Positions 1 through 10,800 of a DNA stretch of 64,000 nt are shown here, one piece after another (positions within the stretch are counted from its first letter, which is position 1; each line of letters opens with the position of its first letter). Under the pieces are notes generated by a model. That model saw nothing but the letters and a program-made list of their open reading frames with translations, did no database searches and was not told the origin of the DNA. This DNA comes from Candidatus Altimarinota bacterium. GTDB lineage: Bacteria; Patescibacteriota; Gracilibacteria; 1-14-2-50-48-13. Both the position numbers and the translations under genes were made by a program. The stretch covers positions 384,001-448,000 of the forward strand of contig JBKBWQ010000001.1 in assembly GCA_046314355.1 (NCBI GenBank). Direction: 5' to 3'.

Positions 1-1046
1 CCATTAAGATGCTTTACCATCTTCACACGCTGAGATTCACCACCGGAGAGGGTATCCGTCATCCGATCTAAAGTGAGGTATCCAAGGCCTATCTGCACAA
101 GATTGGATAAACGCTCTATCACAGTTTTAATCAGTGCATGATTTTCCTTAGACTCAAAACCTTTTACTACATCGAGAAGTTTATCCACCTGCATGGAGCT
201 TAAATCTGCAATATTATATCCATCAATCTTACAGCTAAGTGCCTGCTGACTAATACGTGCTCCATGACACATGTCACACGGTCCCATGGTAATAAAGGGA
301 GCTACACTTTTCTGCGTACGCTCAGACATGGTCTTCACATCACTCTTGATATATTTACGTACAAATTTATCCACCACTCCTTCAAAATTCATTTTCATTC
401 CAGCTCCCAGGTCAACTTTCACAGGCTCAGAATGATACAGAGCATCAAGTTCCTTTTGAGTAAAATCCTTCAGTTTTTTATCCTTATCAAAGAGGTCAGC
501 TCCTTTCACAAGCTTCAGATACCAGCTGTCATTCTGATAATCAGGAAGCTTAATGGCACCGTCGTTAATAGACTGATCCATATCAAAGGCAGCGTCCATA
601 TCCATACTCAGTTTTTGTCCAATACCGTTACAGTTCTGACACATCCCTGCAGGATCATTGAAAGAGAACATATTGGCAAAACCAACATATGGTTTACCAA
701 AACGTGAATACATCAATCGTAGGGCAGTGGCAATATCCGTAACCGTCCCGACCGTAGAATGAGAACCACCTCCAAGACGCTTCTGATCCACGATTACCGC
801 CATACTCAGATTCTTGATCTCGTCCGCCTCAGGCTGAGAGATACGGGGCAGGAAATTACGCACAAACATGCTGAAGTTTTCATTCAGTAGTCTCTGGGCT
901 TCAGCTGCGATGGTATCAAATACGAGAGATGATTTACCGGAGCCGGAGACGCCGGTGAAGATGATAATTTTGCGTTTTGGGAGTTTGAGAGAGACGTCTT
1001 TTAGATTGTTTTGTCTGGCGCCGCGGATTTCTATGTATTCCTGCAT
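1..1046 (-). CDS. uvrA: UvrA-family (UvrA2/DrrC-like) ABC ATPase, N-terminal part; runs off the window
   Basis: Not in the ORF track. Reverse strand from ATG 1046 reads MQEYIEIRGARQNNLKDVSLKLPKRKIIIFTGVSGSGKSSLVFDTIAAEAQR, the UvrA N-terminus with Walker A, followed by CxxCxGxG zinc motifs. Confidence 0.9.
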   Translation of the reverse strand, partial: MQEYIEIRGARQNNLKDVSLKLPKRKIIIFTGVSGSGKSSLVFDTIAAEAQRLLNENFSMFVRNFLPRISQPEADEIKNLSMAVIVDQKRLGGGSHSTVGTVTDIATALRLMYSRFGKPYVGFANMFSFNDPAGMCQNCNGIGQKLSMDMDAAFDMDQSINDGAIKLPDYQNDSWYLKLVKGADLFDKDKKLKDFTQKELDALYHSEPVKVDLGAGMKMNFEGVVDKFVRKYIKSDVKTMSERTQKSVAPFITMGPCDMCHGARISQQALSCKIDGYNIADLSSMQVDKLLDVVKGFESKENHALIKTVIERLSNLVQIGLGYLTLDRMTDTLSGGESQRVKMVKHLN

Positions 1047-1248
1047 GGGGATTTTTAGAAGTTAACAATGTTTTAAGTTTAGCAGAATAAATGAAAGAGC
1101 AAAGGTAGAAAATATCGAAGTTAGGATATTTGATCAGAAATACAATAAGAAAATTTTCTCTAATGCTACTCTATCTTTATCTTAGAAAAGGAGTACGATT
1201 ATCCATACCTCAAGCAAAGGAACAATCTATCCTTATAAAACTCATACT

Positions 1249-2712
1249 ATGAAAAAAAATCATCTATTTACGCTCGTAGGCTTTTTAACACTTATGATTT
1301 GCAGTAATATCACGGTCAAAGCCGCAGCATTTCCTGATGTGCCAGCAGATCACCCTTATAAGGAGGGGATCACCTATGTACAAACAAACAATATCGTATC
1401 AGGATATCCTGATGGTACCTTCAAGCCTGAAGCAACCATCAACCGTGCAGAGTTCACCAAGATACTGGTCAGCGCACAATTCACCTCAAAAACAATTGAT
1501 GAGTGCATCTCTCTGAATGCCCCCAAGGATTCAGGCACCGTTTTCTTTCCTGATATACCGAAAGACACCTGGTATGCAAAGTATATCTGTGTGGCGAATA
1601 TTCACAAAATCATCAGTGGACACCCTGATGGTACCTTCAAGCCCGCGGATGCGATAAATTTCGCTGAAAGTGCAAAGATACTCAGCAATGCCTTTGGTTA
1701 CCCGGTCACTCATGATGCAGTCTGGTACAAACCCTTTGTAAACAACCTCGCGGCAAAGAATGCCATACCCACTACGATCACAGCATTCAATGATCAGGTA
1801 AACCGTGGAGAGATGGCTGAGATGGTCTATCGTTTAAAAGCATCATTGACTACAAAACCGTCCTTGGATTATGAAACACTCAATACTATGATGACGGTCA
1901 AAGTTTCCTTTACAACATCTCAGAACAACACCAATGTCGTTAGCTGCGAAAAAACCGAACAAGTAAGCAGGATTATACCCTATACGAGCATGCCGGCTAC
2001 AGCAGCGCTTGCTCAATTATTTAAAGGACCAACATCAGAGGAACATCTACGTGGGATGCAGGATTTCTGGATCACGCAAGCCACTTCCGACAATCTTAAA
2101 AGTGTCATTATCAAAAACGGTATCGCATATCTGGACTGGAAAGATATACGCGAGGTTATCCCAAATGCGAGTACAAGCTGCGGAAGTGCAAGTTTCTTGG
2201 AACCTATCGAAGCAACACTCAAGCAATTCCCGACGGTTACTAAAGTCATTCATTCTATAAACGGCGATTCAAAAGTATTCTACGACTGGATGCAGATAGG
2301 TTGTACTCCGGAAAATAATAACTGTAATAGCACTCCCTATAAGGTCTCAGAACTTCCGAGTTCATGCGTAGATCAAACAGATGGACTCCCTGTCATTACA
2401 TCCATATCACGTAGTGAGGCAAGAGTGGGCGATACGCTCGATATACATGGCTGTAATTTCTCAGGATTTGAAGGAGATCTCCACGCATGGATAGAAAATA
2501 GCGAAGGCGTAAAAGGTATACTGTACAGCGAAAGCGGATCCACTTCCAAACTCCTGCATGTCAGACTCAATACGCCGCTCTGTCAAACAGATAATTCATA
2601 CAGTGGCCTGCCTTGTGATAAAAAACTTAGTGTAGTGCCGGGAAAGTATGAGCTCTTTGTGACTCCTTGGGGAAGAGTGAGTAATATGGCGGATATTGTG
2701 ATCATGGAATAA
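1249..2712 (+). CDS. Secreted SLH-domain protein with GerMN-like and Ig/IPT-like C-terminal domains
   Basis: Signal peptide; FPDV..GYPDGTFKP..INRAEF SLH repeats; ALAQLFKGPT..IEATLKQFPTV GerMN-like segment. Confidence 0.85.
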   Translation: MKKNHLFTLVGFLTLMICSNITVKAAAFPDVPADHPYKEGITYVQTNNIVSGYPDGTFKPEATINRAEFTKILVSAQFTSKTIDECISLNAPKDSGTVFFPDIPKDTWYAKYICVANIHKIISGHPDGTFKPADAINFAESAKILSNAFGYPVTHDAVWYKPFVNNLAAKNAIPTTITAFNDQVNRGEMAEMVYRLKASLTTKPSLDYETLNTMMTVKVSFTTSQNNTNVVSCEKTEQVSRIIPYTSMPATAALAQLFKGPTSEEHLRGMQDFWITQATSDNLKSVIIKNGIAYLDWKDIREVIPNASTSCGSASFLEPIEATLKQFPTVTKVIHSINGDSKVFYDWMQIGCTPENNNCNSTPYKVSELPSSCVDQTDGLPVITSISRSEARVGDTLDIHGCNFSGFEGDLHAWIENSEGVKGILYSESGSTSKLLHVRLNTPLCQTDNSYSGLPCDKKLSVVPGKYELFVTPWGRVSNMADIVIME

Positions 2713-2893
2713 ACTCATATCCGATGCGGTTTCAAGATCTTTAACTATGATACCCACATTGTCCATGCATTTGATTGCCATATAGCATGTATTATTCAAT
2801 AGAAGTTTACACTCTGGCAGTTTCCTATCTAAAGAGAATATTAAAAGTAATCAATGTCCCAAGTATAATGATATAAAACTCTACCGGGAAATC

Positions 2894-2927
2894 AAAAAAG
2901 TTCTATCCCAATGAGATAGAACTTTTT
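2894..2927. terminator. Bidirectional intrinsic terminator
   Basis: aaaaagttctatc-loop-gatagaacttttt hairpin between convergent genes. Confidence 0.7.
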
Positions 2928-2971
2928 GTGGCAATATTTCCTATACTTACAAGCAGATCTAAGATAGAGAA

Positions 2972-3601
2972 TTACTGTCCAAGATCAATTTCTGCACTTT
3001 CTTTATTAAACATTCCAAATCCGCCTACTTTCAAATGTAATTTCTGAGCATCCGCAGCAACATCGAATACAGTCGCATACTTTGTCTTTATATTAGGATT
3101 AAACTTATCAAGAAAATTTGCTTCATCTCCAAGAATTGAGAATTTTTTATCTGATTCACTAAATTTTCTTCCACTTTCATCAATAATCTCCATAGTCCCC
3201 ATATAATCAGCTTCTTTTCCAATATTCTCAACTTCAAAATCTACCCTGATAAACTTACCTTGAGTAGTAATTGCACCACCAAAGGACTGAGGGATTTTCT
3301 GTCCAAGATCAGCTACTTTAAGTACTTTGATCTTTAGTGTATCTACAGTAGTTTCCTCATTAACTCCTGTTATTTTTTTAGCTTCCTTCGCTTCCTTCTG
3401 CGTACCCTGTAACTCTACAGCGCTATCTTTTGTACCTTTTGAAGAGTTACCTGCATTTACTCCAATGACTAATACAATAAATACTAGAATGCCCGTAAGT
3501 ATTTTATGTCGCACAAACCAGTTTCTAAGGTCTGCATTGCAATGTTTACACCGGTTTGCATTGTCTTGGATCTCTTCTTTACATTTAGGACAAAGTTTCA
3601 T
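2972..3601 (-). CDS. Zinc-ribbon + TM + DUF4352-like Ig domain protein
   Basis: MKLCPKC..CKHC zinc ribbon, one TM helix, GKFIRVDFEVENIG..IIDESGRKF..NPNIK..VFDV; start moved to ATG 3601. Confidence 0.75.
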   Translation of the reverse strand: MKLCPKCKEEIQDNANRCKHCNADLRNWFVRHKILTGILVFIVLVIGVNAGNSSKGTKDSAVELQGTQKEAKEAKKITGVNEETTVDTLKIKVLKVADLGQKIPQSFGGAITTQGKFIRVDFEVENIGKEADYMGTMEIIDESGRKFSESDKKFSILGDEANFLDKFNPNIKTKYATVFDVAADAQKLHLKVGGFGMFNKESAEIDLGQ

Positions 3602-3764
3602 AACAGTAAGCGAAAAAATAAATAGATACTTTATATGCAAAGTGTAAACTTTTTCTAGTAAAGTATTAATTTACATATCTAGCATCAAGGCGTCAAAAAA
3701 CAGTAAAAATATGACTGTACTGCTACAATCATATTGATTAAAAGAGAATATATTTTTCTTATTT

Positions 3765-4667
3765 TTATAAGGATCCAGTTCCTAATCTCACCCCATCACA
3801 AACAAAAAGAGCATCAGCAGTAAAACTTCCATCAGCATTTGGTCCACCAACCAGAGTTACTCTCACTCCTGTTTTCAAACTATTTACAGATGCAATACCC
3901 GCTGATGTATTCACTACCGTCTTATCTGTAAAATTAATAACCTGTTTTCTGCCTTCCTTCATTTCAAGTGTAACAGAGTTACTGCCTATACTAATAATTT
4001 CTCCATTGCCACCAGTACCGCCGCATAGATCAGTATTTTGAGAAGTACCGGCTACTGTATTAGGGCGGTCAGATGTAATTCCACCAGTATCTCTGAAATT
4101 CTGCGTTGGCTGACTCTGATGTAAATCCATAGCAACTAAAAGACCTATTATAAAAGTAACAGCGACCACAATAATACCCGAAGTAACTATATTTTTATAA
4201 TTCCTCGCAGACCACCACTTTAAAAGAAGGGTACTTATCCAATAACCAACCATCACACCAAGACCATTCAATATAACATCATCAATATCGAATATACCTA
4301 CATGCAGTAGTACTTGCATCGACTCAATAATAAGACCAGAGAGAGCTGCAAGAATAAGGGCTTTTTTCCATGTCATCTTCCGGTAAAAAAGAGGAACAAG
4401 AAATCCTATTGGTACAAGCAAAGCGATATTTCCAATCAAATTCAGCCCTCCGATAATCAATCCATTTCCACCAAGTACATAGTGAAGAATAGTCTTAAAT
4501 GGCAAAAAATTCGCAGGACGATCTGCCTGCGTTCCACCAAAGTTCAGCATGATTGAACCTACTTTAATCATTGGAACGTCTTTAAGTACCATTACTTTAA
4601 CGAGCAAGGCACTGTAAGCAAGGGTTAGAAAGGCTGAGATTATTTGGAAAGGGAAGAACTTTTTCAT
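3765..4667 (-). CDS. VanZ-family membrane protein with C-terminal DUF5666-like OB domain
   Basis: NFLPFKTI..NLIGNIALLVPIG..IESMQ..GIFDIDDVILNGLG VanZ motifs; C-terminal LKTGVRVTLVG..DGSFTA. Confidence 0.8.
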   Translation of the reverse strand: MKKFFPFQIISAFLTLAYSALLVKVMVLKDVPMIKVGSIMLNFGGTQADRPANFLPFKTILHYVLGGNGLIIGGLNLIGNIALLVPIGFLVPLFYRKMTWKKALILAALSGLIIESMQVLLHVGIFDIDDVILNGLGVMVGYWISTLLLKWWSARNYKNIVTSGIIVVAVTFIIGLLVAMDLHQSQPTQNFRDTGGITSDRPNTVAGTSQNTDLCGGTGGNGEIISIGSNSVTLEMKEGRKQVINFTDKTVVNTSAGIASVNSLKTGVRVTLVGGPNADGSFTADALFVCDGVRLGTGSL

Positions 4668-4729
4668 GTCTGTAGGTTATTAATTGCTTAAGTTCAGAGA
4701 TATTACAATCGTTCTGTTTTCATTTTTAA

Positions 4730-5371
4730 CTACAAATTTCTTTTCTTACTTTCAATCTCAATGAACTCCGGCAAATAATCGGGAGTACATCCTTTTGATA
4801 CGATTTGCCCCTTATAAAGACCTGTTTTCTCGCCGATTGCAATACAGCGTGCTCGGTATTTTTTATCATAGATTCCGATCCACCCCGCAGTGAAATTCAT
4901 TGCCCATTGCACTTCAGGCTCTTCCTTTTCTATTTGTTTTTCAATGGCAGAGAGTAATTCTTCGGTGTTTGAGGGAGGAGTTTGCCCCATCCAGCGTAAA
5001 CGTGCCTGATAATACCAAAATAGTCTCCTTTGAAGCGTAGAAGTACTGTTTTCCCAAGATTCCATCAGTGCTATAGTTCTCTTATCTTTAGAAAGTTGAT
5101 TTGCCATCAACCAGTCTATGAGTTGATTCCGTTCAAAAAATGTATGCTCCTGCATGTCCACAGTAAGCTTATCAATCACCTCTTGTGAAAGAAGCTTATT
5201 ATCTATAATCAAAATAGCCAATTGTCGGTGAAGAAATTGTCCAGTGGACCATAGCTCAATTGCCAGTTCATGATCTTTTTTGATACCCTTGGCAATTTTC
5301 CTTAGATCGCCGAGCTTGGTTTTATTATTGATCTGATCCAAGATCTTTTCGGCTTTTGAAGAGAGTTTCAT
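4730..5371 (-). CDS. DNA alkylation repair (AlkD-like HEAT-repeat) protein
   Basis: KLGDLRKIAK.IKKDHELAIELW, VQWAMNF, IGEK.GLY..SKGCTP.Y motifs; start set to ATG 5371. Confidence 0.8.
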   Translation of the reverse strand: MKLSSKAEKILDQINNKTKLGDLRKIAKGIKKDHELAIELWSTGQFLHRQLAILIIDNKLLSQEVIDKLTVDMQEHTFFERNQLIDWLMANQLSKDKRTIALMESWENSTSTLQRRLFWYYQARLRWMGQTPPSNTEELLSAIEKQIEKEEPEVQWAMNFTAGWIGIYDKKYRARCIAIGEKTGLYKGQIVSKGCTPDYLPEFIEIESKKRNL

Positions 5372-5612
5372 ATTGAACTTTAGATTGCTTATCAAGATAA
5401 AATAATTATGCCTGATATATCGGAAATTTAAAGTCCCTTTTAAGCTTATCTTAAACTTAATGCATCTAATAAAGAGTAATTACTCTAATTTCCTTCAAAA
5501 ACTATCCATGAGCTATCTCTACTTCTTTCTTAGTTTTCGGCTGCATCATTATTAAAAACAACCACTTAATTACTAAGTACTCTACACTAATTACTCAAAT
5601 TTTGAAAAAATT

Positions 5613-5643
5613 TATGGTGGACCGGAAGAGAATCTACTTGAAC
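5613..5643 (+). other. Putative distal attachment site (att hybrid)
   Basis: tatggtgg-accggaagagaatct-acttgaac here versus tatggtgg-gcccagttgg-acttgaac at the tRNA end. Confidence 0.65.
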
Positions 5644-5763
5644 TTCTTTGAAACAAGTCTACTACAAAATGAGCAGCTAAAAAACTTAAATACTGTTCTA
5701 AATTCAATATACACCTCTTCAGAGTATTCGACATCCCCTAAACTGACGAGTATATGCCTATAA
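5614..5763 (+). other. 49-codon open frame, putative displaced C-terminus of the serine recombinase
   Basis: MVDRKRIYLNFFETSLLQNEQLKNLNTVLNSIYTSSEYSTSPKLTSICL*; it begins in the att core in the same phase as recombinase M542-V543. Confidence 0.55.
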
Positions 5764-5949
5764 CTAGGAGTGTATGAACAACTAATTAATTGAGCTCTGT
5801 TTTTTTATAATTAGTACTACAATAGAGAAAATACCATTAACAAAGTTTCCTATTATTGGACAACCTTTCTTCTCTCTTTTTAACCATTAAATGATCTATT
5901 TCTATTATTGTTTTTGCTAAAGTTTTCTCAATATTTACTGTCATCTATC

Positions 5950-7743
5950 ATGTCGATACAATTATCATCAACTGTTACATTTAGATCTATAAACGCATTT
6001 GAAGAGATCACTTTACCTGATTTTGTTGTCATTACAGGAGTAAATGGATCTGGAAAATCACATTTATTGAATGGTATTTCTACTAATAATACTATTCATA
6101 TTTCTTCTAATGGGGCTGAGCTTATCAAAAAAAAGATAGTTAATAGTGCTTCGCTTGCTCCTTCGGGTAACTACCAAGTAACTCAACAGGATATATTATC
6201 GCGTTCACAAAATGTGTTAAATATATATCAAAATTATAAAAAGGAAAAAGAAAGAAATCCTTCTTATACAGTTGAACAAGCGTTTAGTCCTCATAGAAAC
6301 CTTTTCAAAACCGTAACAAGACTTGCTAGTACGGCAGGAAAACATATTGAGGAATTAGAGAGTAATGACTTTTACGATTCGTATCCGCTTGCTGATGGGC
6401 TAGATGAACAAGATATATTTTACCAAAATTTTTCATTTTTATTTAAACATTATCATACAAAGTATCTAGATAACAAATTTGCTCAGTTTATGAATGCTAG
6501 CGAAGGAGGAGCAATAAACTTTCTTACACATGAGCAGTTTGTCGCCAAGTATGGGGAAGCACCATGGAACTTTGTAAATAAGATACTCCAAGAAGCAAAT
6601 CTTGGGTATCACGTTATTTCACCAGAAAAAAATCTAAATCGTGATGCGCCATTTGAGCTAAAACTAATAAGCGACACAAACGGGATACAAATAATGTTTG
6701 ATGATTTATCTTCCGGAGAGAAGGTTTTAATGTCTCTAGCATTATCAATTTATAACTCAACATTAGAAGATATTGATTTCCCTCAAGTTTTATTAATGGA
6801 TGAACCAGATGGACCATTACATCCATCAATGGCAAAACAGTTCCTTGATGTTATACAGAATGTATTTGTAAAAGAGAAAGGGGTTAAAGTTATTATAACA
6901 ACTCACTCTGCTTCAACAGTAGCGCTTGCACCTGAAGAAGCAATTTACATAATGAACAAGACATCTCCACGTCTAGAGAAATCAACAAAAGATAAGGCAT
7001 TAAAAGTATTAACAGCTGGCGTCCCCTCTTTAAGTATTAACTATGAGAATAGAAAACAGGTCTTTGTAGAAAGCAAGTATGATGCCAGTATCTATGATAA
7101 AACATATACAGTAATCAAACAATATCTTGAGCCTGAGATCTCCCTTAGCTTTATTTCTTCAGGAAAAAAAGGAGTTGGTAGTTGTTCACAAGTCGTTGAC
7201 GTCGTAACACAGTTACATAGCTTTGGTAATCATGATATATTTGGAATAATAGATAGAGATAGTAATAATAAAGAAAGTGAAAAGGTTTTTATACTCGGAA
7301 CTGATCAGCGTTATAGTATAGAAAATTACTTATTTGATCCTGTTGTCATAGCTGCATTTTTGCTTAAAGAAAAAATGATATCTAAACATCAAGTTGGTCT
7401 TTCAAATGAAGAGAACTATATTGATATTAGAAATTTTGAAGGTGATAGACTACAAGTTGTAGTAGATAAATTCATTCCTCTTTTAAATGATGCAAGTCTG
7501 ATTACTACTAATACTCGAACCTGCTATTACTTAAATGACAAGTCAGTAGATATCCCTACAGGATTTCTTGAAACAAATGGTCACGAGTTAGAGACAAAAC
7601 TTAAACAAGTGTTTCCTGAGCTGAATAAGTATCATCAAGAAGGTGACTTAAAACTAGCCATTATTGACCATGTATTTGAAGATATGCATGCTATTATTCC
7701 AAAAGATTTTGTATTACTTTTTACAAAGATTCAAAATAATTGA
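5950..7743 (+). CDS. ABC/AAA_21 ATPase fused to TOPRIM/DUF4435-like nuclease (PARIS AriA-AriB-like or OLD-like defence protein)
   Basis: Walker A GVNGSGKS, signature LSSGE, Walker B LLMDEPD, ITTHS; C-terminal VFVESKYD, GIIDRD, YSIENYLFDP; start set to ATG 5950. Confidence 0.75.
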   Translation: MSIQLSSTVTFRSINAFEEITLPDFVVITGVNGSGKSHLLNGISTNNTIHISSNGAELIKKKIVNSASLAPSGNYQVTQQDILSRSQNVLNIYQNYKKEKERNPSYTVEQAFSPHRNLFKTVTRLASTAGKHIEELESNDFYDSYPLADGLDEQDIFYQNFSFLFKHYHTKYLDNKFAQFMNASEGGAINFLTHEQFVAKYGEAPWNFVNKILQEANLGYHVISPEKNLNRDAPFELKLISDTNGIQIMFDDLSSGEKVLMSLALSIYNSTLEDIDFPQVLLMDEPDGPLHPSMAKQFLDVIQNVFVKEKGVKVIITTHSASTVALAPEEAIYIMNKTSPRLEKSTKDKALKVLTAGVPSLSINYENRKQVFVESKYDASIYDKTYTVIKQYLEPEISLSFISSGKKGVGSCSQVVDVVTQLHSFGNHDIFGIIDRDSNNKESEKVFILGTDQRYSIENYLFDPVVIAAFLLKEKMISKHQVGLSNEENYIDIRNFEGDRLQVVVDKFIPLLNDASLITTNTRTCYYLNDKSVDIPTGFLETNGHELETKLKQVFPELNKYHQEGDLKLAIIDHVFEDMHAIIPKDFVLLFTKIQNN

Positions 7744-7753
7744 ATACAGTTAT

Positions 7754-7825
7754 ATTCGTCAAATAGAACGTAAGGTGAGCTTTGATCAGATCATCAAAAA
7801 TATCTTCTTGAACTCTTTTATATTA
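7754..7825 (+). pseudogene. Relic fragment of a paralogous serine recombinase
   Basis: Encodes IRQIERKVSFDQIIKNIFLN versus IRKIETMESLDKIIGNIFLN at 15278-15347; 17-nt exact match aaatatcttcttgaact. Confidence 0.75.
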
Positions 7826-7860
7826 GCAATTAATTATTCTCAAACATATAGCTCAATTCT

Positions 7861-10800
7861 GTGAATAACATCATATTAAAAATCAAACTTTTTTACCAAA
7901 AAATATTATACTTTTTTTCTAAAAGAATGGATTACGACTCATGGTCTGCACAGCATCTCTCAAGCATAACAAGTAAGGCAGGTGAACGTTATAGTCCTAG
8001 GCTAAATATTGGTACTTCAACTTCAGAGTTATTTGATGATATGAGCAGATCAAAGATTTTCTATACCAATGTTAGGAAAAAATATGGGAATCTTATTAGA
8101 GAATTTAGACGAATTGATGCTAATCATGAGAGTGAGACACTTCAAGAACATTACAATAATGTTGCTTCTAAATTTAGTACTCTACTAGAAACAATAGGAG
8201 CTATAAAAGAATATAGTACAGCTACTATCCCATGGGATAGTATTGCAGAATGTTCTAAAAAGTTAGTAGAAAGTCTACGTGCCTTTACATATATTCTCCA
8301 AGAAGAAGAGATAAAGGAAAGCAATAAAGTAACAGATTCAAAAGATAATGGAACTGGTTACCGTTATACTCTTTCTGAAAGGTATAAATCAGATCGACAA
8401 CACTGTTATAGAGTAATGGAAATGGTTAACTATTTTTTTAAATATTCAACTAGTAGCGCCGCTGAGTTAACAAATAATCCATTTTTACTTTTAACCGGTT
8501 CCGCCGGTAGTGGAAAAACTCATCTTTTATGTGACCTTATTGAAAACAGAATAAATGGAGCTATTAAGCTACCAACTTTTTTAGTATTTGGTGAGTTATT
8601 CTCAAATAGTGACAATAAAGATTTCTGGTCTCAATTCATTGAACAGTTGAACTTAGAAAATACAACTAATAATAAAGAAGGTTTCTTACATGAAATTAAC
8701 CAATTAGGAAAGGAACGTAATTGTCGTTCTTTAATTATCATTGATGCACTAAACGAAAATATACTGCATTCACCTTTATTTTGGAAAAATAATATTACAA
8801 GTATACTCTCTGACATAAAGAAATATCCCAATATTGGATTCGTCATCAGCATTAGGGGCGGGTTTGAAGAAGATGTTTTAACTGAAGACCAGAAAAAAGA
8901 GTTTACTTTATTTGAACATAAAGGTTTTCTCTTTAAAGAATGGGAAGCCATATATAAGTTTTTTAGTGAATTTTCATTACCCTTACCAGAACTACCTCTA
9001 CTTGTACCTGAGTTTCAGAACCCATTGTTTCTTCTATTATTTTGTAAGGCTTTTAAAAAGAAAAAGAATAAACAGAACAAACAAATCTTTAGAGGCCATG
9101 AAGGTGCTACTTATATTTTTGAAAACTTTGTTGATAGTGTTTCAGAGAAAATTGCAGATACATTTAGTATACCAAACGGGTCTGGTAAAAATATCTGGGA
9201 TTTAGTTATTGAGAAAGTAGCTGAAAGTATGGTTCAGGAGAATAGTGATTTTATATTGGAAGATAAGCTTATAGAAATAATTAGGAATGCATTCCCACAT
9301 ATTGAAGGCATGAAGCTAATTATAGCATTAGAAAATAATATGCTCTTAACAAAGATTCCATATAATAAAACTTTTCGATATAGATTTCCTTTTCAAAAGT
9401 TCAGTGATCATTTAATTGGAAGATTTATTTTCAAAAAATATGAAGCTAAATATGGCAAACAAAATAAAAATATTACTACCGCGATAGAGTTTTTTTCTAA
9501 AGATACAGACTTAGGAACATTCTTATTCAAACATGTAAATATAGGCATCATTCAGGCACTCTCAATTCAATGTCCAGAGCACCTTAAAGGTATAGAATTC
9601 ATAGAAGTCTTACCTTATTTTGATGAAGATCCATACTTTTTAGATATTATGAAAGAAGCATTTGTAGAAAGCATAATATGGAGAAATCCTAAAGCCTTCT
9701 CAAAAGATTTGCTAAATACACTCCGTATCGTTAACGATCATATTATTACATCAACTAGAACTAACGACGCTTTCTTAAATGCCTTACTTACAATATCACA
9801 AGTTCCAACTCATCCTTTCAATGCTCAATTTCTATATAAACATCTGAACGATATGGATATGCCAGACCGTGATGCATGGTGGTCATCATTCTTGCATAGA
9901 GAATTTGAGAATAGAAGTGCAGTAGATAGAATTCTTGGATGGGTCAATACAAGTCAAGCTTCATCAGTAGTAAAAGAAGAAGCCCTCTTTTTAATTTCAG
10001 TCACTTTGTCATGGTTTCTTACATCATCTAATCGCTACATTAGAGATAAAGCAACTAAGGGACTTGTAATAATCTTAAATAAAAATATTGCTGTCTTATA
10101 TAAACTATTAAAAAGGTTTGAAGATACTAATGATTTATATGTTCTAGAGCGATTATGTGCTGTCGCTTATGGATGTGCACTACTTAACAAAGAGGATTCT
10201 TTAAATTTAAAGATACTAGGTGAGTATTTATATTCAACTTTTTTCATAACTAAATCACCGCTTCCACATATACTAATAAGAGATTATGCACGAGGTACTA
10301 TAGAAGCTATTACAGCTAATCAAATCGTATTAGACATCGAAGTAATAAATACAATCCCACCTTATAAAAGTTTATGGCCAAAAGAAATTCCTACAGAAGA
10401 AGAGTTGAAGACAAAATACTATGTAAATAAGGACTATTCGGCAATCTGGTCATCGTTAATGTATAAATATGGAGGATTTCCAGCTGATTTTGGAAATTAC
10501 GTCGTAAGCTCCTCCTTAGGTGCATGGACTAATAAGTCGCTAGAGTCTTTAGAAATAGCTAAAGAAAAGTTACTAGAAAAATTTCTCGCAGATCTAAATG
10601 AACATCAAAAAGAATCATGGAAAAAGATTTCTCCTTTTTATGGTTTAGACTTAGCATCTCTATTTAAAGACTTAGAGATTCAATCTGATAAACTTTCTAA
10701 TAAAGAAGAATTAAAAGAAAATCTACACGCTGAGAAGGATAGAAGAGAAAAGGCTATTACTAACTTTAAAGCGGCATTATCGTCAGCTCAGTGTCTCTAT

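Noticed and set aside
264-1065. Plus-strand ORFs 264-707 and 868-1065
   Set aside because: Antisense shadows of the minus-strand uvrA-like gene, which the track missed because it runs off the window.
7664-7864. 66-aa ORF bridging the two defence genes
   Set aside because: It overlaps the ATPase 3' end, and its only meaningful part is the recombinase relic; not called as a gene.
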